DNA of 64,000 nt, from NCBI RefSeq assembly GCF_009914755.1, contig NC_060938.1; one strand, written 5' to 3'. The notes beneath the pieces were generated by a model. That model was not told the DNA's origin, searched no databases, and saw only the letters and a list, made by a program, of their open reading frames with translations. This DNA is from the human T2T-CHM13v2.0 reference genome, Homo sapiens. The position numbers were made by a program, and so were the translations under genes. Positions 47,966 through 64,000 of the stretch are shown here, piece by piece; position 1 is the stretch's first letter, and every line of letters starts with the position of its first letter.

Positions 47966-49079
47966 CATCACACCAGTAACCAGGAACACTGTCCAGTCAA
48001 TAGTCACTAGAGAAATGCTTTCAAGAACCACGAAATTCATAGTAAGTTCACCACCATGAAGGCAAACCAGCCCTCCCTCAGACAGCAAAGTGTGGTGGGA
48101 CCCGGGGGGAGGGAGGGTGGGGGACTAGGTATTTTTTCCTCTCTGTCTTCTATAGAACCAGTTATTTGGGACTTCTAAAACTTGCAAGGCCTTTACCAAC
48201 TAAATCCGACCCCTCTTACCCCTTGCTTTATTCCTAATTTGTGTGTTCCAAGATACCTTATATAGGTAGGTAGGTATATATACCCCATGTGGGGAGGGAG
48301 TCACACCTCACACAATGCCACACCTGGGCCACCTGCCAGCCTCCCTTCCACAGCAACGGTCCATACCACTCACAGTTCACAAAATGTACTCTCTGCTAAT
48401 CCCCACCACAACCTTGCCAAGGGGTGTCTGCATGGCTTCCTAGATAACCAATCCCATCAAACACACGCCAGGAGTCACAGGTGGATGCCAGGAGTTATGA
48501 GTGAACGCCAGCCAGCCCAGGGTGCATCTTGTTCCAGTCTCTGAGCCCCGGGGTCCTTGTGTTTCTCTGCCTGGTGGGGGATGCATACCACATAAAACTG
48601 TATGTTCCAGGTCTTTTCTCACTCCCATTATTCTTCATTAAGCCTAATTGGAATGCCACTGAATAATCATATTATTCTAATGCTCCATGTAATTATTAAG
48701 AATAATGGTGATTTCCATTTCTCTTTTCCTCTTGTATTTTTTCTTTCCTCCCACACAAAAGCTACGTTTGCTTCTTCAAGGTGTTGTGCTTGACTTTATT
48801 CCCTTCCCTGGGGCTGGGAAGACCTTGGCTGGGTGATGACCATGACGGCCACACCACTCTGGCAATTTTGTCACTGGATTCTCCATGCCAGTTCCAGAAC
48901 ATGGCATCAAATGTTGCCAGTGGGGATGGGGACAGATCAGAGAGGAGGAGAGTAATTTTTATGTGGTTTACACATTGTGCTCTCCTGGACATTTGCTCAT
49001 TTAATCTTAGGAGCAACCCCGCAGGGTAAATGATATTATAACTATCATTCCTATTTTACAGATGAGGAAATTAAGGTTC

Positions 49080-53890
<4,811 letters not shown>

Positions 53891-53924
53891 TGCATGACTT
53901 TTATAATTAGAAAAAAAGTGTGAG

Positions 53925-53930
<6 letters not shown>

Positions 53931-53961
<31 letters not shown>
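53931..53961. repeat. (TG)n
   Basis: Seen directly. Confidence 0.95.
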
Positions 53962-53963
<2 letters not shown>

Positions 53964-55509
53964 TTTTAGGAGCATTAACATACAGGAACATAAAGGTTCA
54001 GTGCCAGCCTTTTGGTTAGGTGACAGGCACTGTCCTGGCACTGCAGAGACAGGACAAAATAAGGCACATCTCAGGGTCCAAGGAGCTCAGCATGGACAGA
54101 TGAAGCAAGTACGTAGGTAAATAAGTGTAATACTATTATGCTTACCATGATTTTGCCTCGTGTACCCTAAACTTGAAGTTTGAGAAGACAGCAACCTAGA
54201 AAAGGCCTGGTCAAGTCTCTTTGGGGCCTGGCTTCATGGAGGAGGAGATGCTTGAGCTGAGCCCACTGTAGCTTCTGAAAGAACCTTTCTTGACCAGTAA
54301 AGATGGGGACATCAGGGTGGTGGCAATGGGGAGCAGATCTTAAACTTGAACGTATACATGTACACATGAATCACCTGTGTATTTTGTTAAAATGCAGATT
54401 CTGATTCAGTAGGTCTGATGCTATGTCCATGTAACCACACTTTGAGTAGCAAAAGTAGGGTATGGATTTTGGAGTCAGTGTGCAAATCGACTAACTGGGC
54501 AAGTCACTAAACCACCAGCAGTTTCTGCATTTAAAAAATAAAGATAATAATAGTCCCTGCCCCATAGGGTTGTAGTGAGGACTAAAGAGGCAATGGATAA
54601 ACAGTTCCAGACCCATGATAAGAAAAGTCTGGAGAATTTATTCCCTGGATGCAATTCTCTGCCATTCTCCAGCTGCCCCCTAGCCCTGATCACTGGCTGC
54701 ACGTGGCTGCAGGGACTATATGGGCCTGGCAGTGGCACACATGGGGTTAATTAATGCTCCTGCTCTTGCCCAGAGACAAATGTTTTGTATTGAAGAGTTG
54801 CTGCTGGGAAGGAAAAGGAGGGGGGAAAGAAAGCCCCTTTTCTATTATTCTGAGGTGCATTTTAATTTGCACAAGCAACGTTGTGTCTGTGATGGATGAC
54901 ACAGAGGGAAAAATTACAGCCCAGGAAGCCCAGCAAAGGAGAAAAAAAATAAAAGAGATCTAGCAAGGATTAAAAACAGCCCATTGTGATGCTGCATTCT
55001 GATCAGGGGCTGGGAAAGCTGGGGAGGGGTGTCTGAGTAGGACGGGGAGCAGAGGACTGGCCAGGAGAGACAGAGCAGTGGCAGGAGTAGTTGACTGATA
55101 GGAGACCAGCCTGGACCACATGGATCCTGGGGCCCAGGGATGTTTTCTCTATGAAACCTGGCAAGGCTGAGTCTGGGCACCTGAGAAGGAAGGTGCCAGG
55201 CAGAGCAAGGCCTTGACAAATTGTAATGTATGGGAACTTTGCTTTTCTTGCCTCTGGCTTCTTTCTCCACTTGGTTCTCCTCTCCATGGCATCACCACCA
55301 TCTCTGGATCATCTGACTGCAAACTTTTGAGGGAACCTCTTTGATCTCTTCTCCCATTAACAAAACTCAGGAACCTGGGGCTCTTTTCTGAGGACATTGA
55401 ACATCATAGCAACCCACCCAAGGGCAGAATCAGAGCAGCCAGGAGCGAGAGATCTAACTTAGGCAGCTGACTGATTCCTGACAGCTCGTGAGCAGCCACT
55501 GAAGGCTGG

Positions 55510-56317
<808 letters not shown>

Positions 56318-57832
56318 AAGGAATGAGTTGGAGGGATTAAGTTCCACAAGCCAGGACTTACTTTCCTTCCAGTGCCTTTGGTCACACTGAGACAGCAACA
56401 GGGAGTCTGACTGGAGTTAGATAAAGCAGATTAGCCTTCCTCTGTCATGCAGCCTCTTTGACCCTCTGTTTTCTCTTCTCTAAAGTGGGAATAATACTTA
56501 TTCTTCCTGCCTCACGGATTATTACAAGGCCCAGGTGAGGTCGGTAATAGTTATTATTAGCAGTGGACCTTCATTTGACATCTAATTGGCCATAGAGGAT
56601 GACTCCCTGTGTGGTATCAGTGCTAGATGGGGCTCCTCTTCCCAAGAATCTCTCCCCAGTGAACAACTCTTGTGGAGCCTGAAATTCTACCATTAGTGAT
56701 GTACTTTTCGGGATCTATGATCATCCTTCATTAGTATTAATCCTTTGGGATGATGTTATCTTCAGTCTTATCAAGTTATTCCTTAAAGAAATGGCTCCTA
56801 ATATTCCTGAAATCAGACCAGACCTTGTTGGAAAACTGTTGCAATTTATGGCTGTGCTGTCCAGAAACATGCACCAATTTGGGGGTGAGGTTCAGAGTTC
56901 AGCTTCCCCATCCTGCATGCTGTCAGGAGCGTGGCTTAAGCGGATGTCTGCTCTTTGTGCCTGCCTTACGGTCCTGTCCCATTCTTTTGACAACAGCCTC
57001 CTATTTTCCCTTGGGGACCACCGTGGCCTGCCCATTTTCTTCCAGCACTTGGTTTCCACACACCCTGATGACCTCTTACTGCAAGGTCCTGCCTGAAGGC
57101 TCTCTCTGGCCAGGGAAGCATGCTCAGCCCACAGGCGTGGGGCAGGTGAGAAGCAGGGAGAGCCAATGCCTGCAGGAGGAGTTTTCAACCAAAGGGAAAT
57201 TGGACTGTTGGTGACTGAATGCTCCAAGGCTGCTTCTTCACGAAGTCCCAGGGCCTTGGGGCCTCAGTGGAGTTGAGTGGCAGTTGCCCAAATTATAACC
57301 TGCTCATGAATTCACCCTCTGTTGTTCCCCTCCCTTCCCCATTCCACTTCCTTACTTCTGCCGATGCTTTCTGGCATCACCTCCCGAAGAAACTGTTGGC
57401 CTCAAACCCTGTCTCAGTGTCTGTCTTTGGGTAGTACCCAAAATATACCACTTTCTCACCATGCCCTTTGGTGGGTCTGATCCTACTCCCAGTCCTTGAG
57501 ATGGACACTGACCCAACCTGTGCCAATGAGGGTCATCACTGGGACTTTTGCTGAAACTGCTGGGAAAGTGGCACAGTCTTTTTCACTGGGATCACTGGCT
57601 GCAAAATCCACGAAGGCCTGGAATTACCAGGGTCAGCCTTGCCACCAAGTAGGGAAAGACCAAAACCAGGAAGGACTGAGAGAGGGTGGGAGGGATGGAT
57701 TTCCGACATCAGAATCTTAGCTCAGCCTGAACCCATACCTGCCCAGGACCTCCCAGTGACAGAAGCCAATAAAGCCCCTTTTTTGCTCACAATTATGCCT
57801 CTCACTGGAACCATACATTCCCATCTCCGTGA

Positions 57833-58472
<640 letters not shown>

Positions 58473-58979
58473 GGAATAATGTTCTTTGAAGGATGACCAG
58501 GAAGTTTTTGTGCCACCTCCCCGGGTCTAGAGCTTCCAAGGAGGTTTGGTATAACAGAGCCACAACCAGATCACCAGTCCCTTTGACAGAGATGCGTACA
58601 CTTCCTCATCATCTCTGAGCTGTCCACCTCCTATCAGGACAGAGGAGGGTGACCAGCCTGGACTGTGATCCTGTGGGTCTGGGCCTGCCCCACAATGAAC
58701 CCATCTCCTCCCCAGTGGGTCACCGTCCTAGTGAACACTAGATCTGCCTAAATCACTAGAGTTTAGGGCAGCTCTCCTCCTCTGCAGGCCACGGCGTGCA
58801 GTGGGAAACCTACTGAGGCAAAGTAGAGGTGCTCCAGCCAAGCCCTGGGCCTCGGTGTTCGGTGCTCACCTAAGTTGTGCCTATGTTGGTTCACTGCGCC
58901 TTAGCCCTGATCTCTCCTTTCTACTAGGATATGAAGATAAAGCAGTCAGCACAGTCCTTGGCACATAACGAGGCTTTAA

Positions 58980-59568
<589 letters not shown>

Positions 59569-59977
59569 TGAACATCCTGTCCCCTTCCTGCTCCTACAGT
59601 TCTGCCCACCTGGAATATCTTGCATATCTTCCTGTCAAATTCTGCCAGTCCCTCCAGATAGCTCCAATGATCTTCCCCTCACATTAGTTATGTAGACTAG
59701 AGTCACAAGCCCCAAATCGCAGTGGCTTAAACAGGAAGGTTCCTTTCTCCCTTACAGTACCCATGCGTCGTGTATGGTGGCACAGGTTGGGTGGGTCTCT
59801 GCTCTAGCTCATCCTCGAGGGAGATACAGGCTAGGAGGCTCCCTATCTAGAAGGTAGCCAGTGAGCACTGTCCATTCCACCGGAAAGAGGAGTGGAAGCC
59901 ATGTGTTATGGTCTGAATCCCTTGTCCATGACTGGTTCAAGGACCAGGCTGGGCCCATGTTAGCCAGAGAGCTGTGA

Positions 59978-60385
<408 letters not shown>

Positions 60386-60394
60386 TAGCAGGCA

Positions 60395-60832
60395 TGTATT
60401 TGTTTCCTGAGACTTCTGTAACAAATTGCCACAGACTGGGTGGCTTAAAATAACAGAAATGTATTCTCTTACAGTCCTGGAGACCAGAAGTCCAACATCG
60501 AAGTCCTGGCAGGGCTGTGCTCCCTCTGAAGGCCCAAGGGGTGACTCCTTCCTTCCCTTCCACCTTCTGCTGGCTCCAGGCAATCCTCAGTTGTGGAGGC
60601 ATCACTTCCTCCTCTGCCTCTGTCTTCCTGCAGCCTTCTCCTCTGCGCCTGTGTCTCCTGTCTGTTACAGTGACACTTACCATTGGATGTAGGGCCCACC
60701 CAGTCAATCTAGGATGATCTCATCTCAAAATCCTTAATACAGCTACAAAGACACTTTTTTTCAAATAAGATCAAGTTCACAGGTTCCAGGGCATGGGCCT
60801 ATCTTTTGGTGGCCACCATTCAACTCACTACA
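60395..60832 (-). mobile_element. MLT1 solo LTR
   Basis: tgtatttgtttcct...ctgggtggcttaaaataacagaaatgtattctcttacagt...attcaactcactaca. Confidence 0.88.
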
Positions 60833-61149
60833 AGGTGGCAATCTTGAGGAAAGCCAGCCTTGGGAAGGTACTAACATGACGGAGAGGACAGGGTCAAAAA
60901 AATGGCAAAGAGATTAAGCCAGGGCCTTGATCATTCTGTGCCTGAAGCTAACCCCACCTGTCTGATTCCTACGTGTGAGATAAGTTGTTCAAAGCAGGTT
61001 TTCTGTTACACCTGCTTCCAGCTTTGGCCACCTGTGTATCTCCCCATCTCTTCAGTATTTTTCTGTACACTAACCTGGACTTAGCTTTCTTGTCCGGTAG
61101 ACTGGTTCTTCAGGTCACAGGCATCTGCCGTACAGCACACACTAATTTC

Positions 61150-61915
61150 TGGCGATAATTATCTCTTGGGTTTCCCACCCTCTCCTCCTTGTGTCACCCT
61201 GGCTAAATGACACACGCAGATTTCATTGACCAGCCATGAACCTCACCTTCATGGAGACCGACGATGTGATCGGGTTTCCGCTTCTGCTGATCTCACCTCG
61301 CCCAGCAGCAGGCCCGGGCCTGCCCCCTTGCCCCTCTGGTCTGCGTCTCCCATTCATCACGCCTGTGTTTATAGCCTTTCAGCCGAGCCCCATCCCTAAG
61401 ACGGTCCCTGTCTGTGCCAATTTAAATTAATTTTGCCAGTCAGATTTCATGAGACACTGAATCAAAGGCTTTTCTAAAATCAAAAAGCACTAAATCTTCA
61501 GTGGACCCTCTTCCCACTAATATTACAAGTTAGTTAGAATAAAAAAGCATTATGGTTTCCCGGCATGACTTCTGCGTAAACCTGCCAGTTCCGTTTATGG
61601 CTCAGGTCTCTGTTGCCCTCCAGCTGCTTACTGGATTTTCTACTCGTAAAATTTATCGTAAATTTTTAATCATAAAATTTGTTCTATGGCTTGCCTACAA
61701 ACGGAACTTACGGCTTCCCTGGAGGGAAACTGCTGGAATCGGTTTTCTTCTTGTTTTTTGAGTCCCACGTTTTTCCCTCTCTAGCCATCTCCCTGTTTGC
61801 CGTCGCTTTTTGAAAGTAGGTGTCAAGAGTTTCTTAAGTTCATTAGCTAATTCTGCCAAGACCTTTCGGTTTGCATGCCATAGGGCCCCTTGATTTATGT
61901 ATCTCTCTAGCATTT
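61150..61915 (-). mobile_element. Ancient CR1/L3-clade LINE ORF2 (reverse transcriptase) remnant
   Basis: Minus strand reads in order KVLAELANELKKLLTPTFKK..QTG, RFTQKSC, EDLVLFDFRKAFDSVSH (61449-61499), EI*LAKL, VMNG; collinear with CR1 motifs VLKELA.E, GF..KSC, D..YLDF.KAFD.V.H, RV.ING. Confidence 0.8.
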
Positions 61916-62098
61916 AATTTTTCTAAGTGACCCTTTACCTGTTTTTTATTATGACTTACTAATTGCACCCATTTCCTAACTTTATTTTTCTTATTAAAGA
62001 CAGGTTTTAATAGGTAGTTCATTTCTCAGCCACTTAAAGACCCTGATTAATTTTACTAGCCTCCTGGTCACTCAGGAATAGATCACCTTTCTTGCTAA

Positions 62099-62497
<399 letters not shown>

Positions 62498-63208
62498 ACC
62501 TTCACCACTTCTTAGACATATGATGTTACTTAAACTCCCTGTGCCTTAGTTTCCTCATCTATAGGAGGATAATAGAACCTCCTTTAAAACCTCATGGCAG
62601 TGAGACACGGCATATAGACTAGGTTCTGGCACACAGGAAGTACTTAGTAAATGTTAACTATGCTTATTTGGGGGAGAAACTTTTTTCTATCTAAATGTTC
62701 TCATGTAATTCATTAATTTATGAGCAACTTGTATGTTTATAGCATTGGGCCAGGTTGAAGAGGGGATGATTACAGAGCTGAATACTATTACCTGGTCTCT
62801 GCCCACATGGAGCTCTCATCCTGGTGAGAGATAGCCAAGCAAACAACTGCCTATAATTCCAAGCAGAATGAAAGAGATGCTTGAACAGATAAAAAGCAAA
62901 GCTCAGGGAGACTCAGCAGGAAGAAAGTTTCATTCTCCGGAGGCATTGGAGAAAATGTCATGAAAAAGAAGCCTGAGTTTTAAAGGACAAATGGGGTTTG
63001 GGTTGCAGAAAAACAGGAAGAATGAGCATTGCAAGGTGAGGGACTGACCTGGGCAAAGCCTTGGAGGTGTGGGCACGTTAGGTATTTGGGGCATCCTCCA
63101 GCCTGGTGTGGCTGGAGAATAGTGTCTTGGGGAAATGAGTCAGGGGAATCAGGGAAAGGGCTGAAAATGCACTTTGGGTCAGTAGTTGTTTGAGCCCCGT
63201 GCTGTAGG

Positions 63209-63405
63209 GCAGTCTTTTTCAAAGTGTGGTCCCTGCACCAGCTACATCAGCATCCCCTGGGAGCTTGCTAGAATATGAAAGCAAATTCCCAGGTCCTGCC
63301 CCAGTCCTACTGAATCAAAAGCTCTGAAGGTGGGTCCTAGTCACTGTGTACAGGGCCCCCAAGCCCTGTCTGATTCCCATTTATACCCAAGTTTAAGGAC
63401 ACTGC
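63209..63405. mobile_element. MER5A
   Basis: tcaaagtgtggtccc..cagcatcccctgggagcttgctaga...cctactgaatca. Confidence 0.8.
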
Positions 63406-63810
63406 TGTTGCTAGTGGTGGGCTATGAGACTGACCATTAACACAAACTTTGAAGAATGCGTGATCCCCTGTGTTTATTAGATATGACATTTGGCTGCATT
63501 TAATGGAAATCCAAATGCAGTCACTGAACCAATTATAGGCTTAGTTTCCTTTTGTACCAAGAGTCCTGAGGACAGTCGTCCAGAGCTGGTGCAACAACTC
63601 GAGGAAGTCATCGAAACCCAGGCTCTGTCTAACTCTCTCAGCAGGCGACCTTCATTCTCATGTCTATAGGATGGCTGCTGCACCTCCAGGTTTTGCTACC
63701 ATGCTACAGGCAGAAAGAATGAGGGAACAGCAAAGAGAGAATGGCTCATGCTAGCTGACCCTGTTCCCATTTATACTTGCTGGAAATCCTCCTGGATAGT
63801 AGTCTCCCTG

Positions 63811-64000
63811 GGCTAGGCGCGGTGCTCATGCCTGTAATCCCAGCACTTTGGGAGGCCAAGGCAGGCGGATCACTTCAGGTCAGGAGTTCAAGACCAGCCT
63901 GGCCAACATGGTGAAACCCTGTCTCTACTAAAAATACAAAAATTAGCTGGGGATGGTGGTGTGTGCCTGTAGTCTCAGCTACTCAAGAGGCTGAAGCACA
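63811..64000 (+). mobile_element. Alu, cut by the window end
   Basis: ggctaggcgcggtgctcatgcctgtaatcccagc. Confidence 0.95.

Noticed and set aside
56750-57227. Four overlapping ORFs of 66-154 aa
   Set aside because: No family signature; the region ends in an LTR16/ERVL-like terminus, so probably a decayed LTR

Overview
Primate (very probably human) genomic DNA holding the 3' half of ESRRB (estrogen-related receptor beta, NR3B2) on the + strand, followed by about 33 kb of repeat-rich downstream sequence. Four constitutive coding exons (C-terminal extension/hinge and ligand-binding domain) and three alternative 3' exons can be placed exactly from GT-AG sites. Together they explain the three known C-termini: short form ...AKV*, beta2 ...WPRAA* and delta10 ...GKHLWLTM*. 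A poly(A) signal lies at 31176. The rest is Alu, L1, L2, MaLR/ERVL LTR and hAT MER remnants plus microsatellites, and almost all listed ORFs are spurious. Unexplained structure found by reading: (i) a decayed intronic copy of part of an ESRRB LBD exon; (ii) a cluster of locally templated direct and inverted duplications at 33-42.5 kb, two of them visibly inserted into older repeats; (iii) a splice-site-bounded segment at 41.2-41.9 kb with a hydrophobic small ORF; (iv) an ancient CR1-type reverse-transcriptase fossil at 61.2-61.9 kb. I see no evidence for a wholly new system. Repeat boundaries and subfamily names are by eye and approximate.
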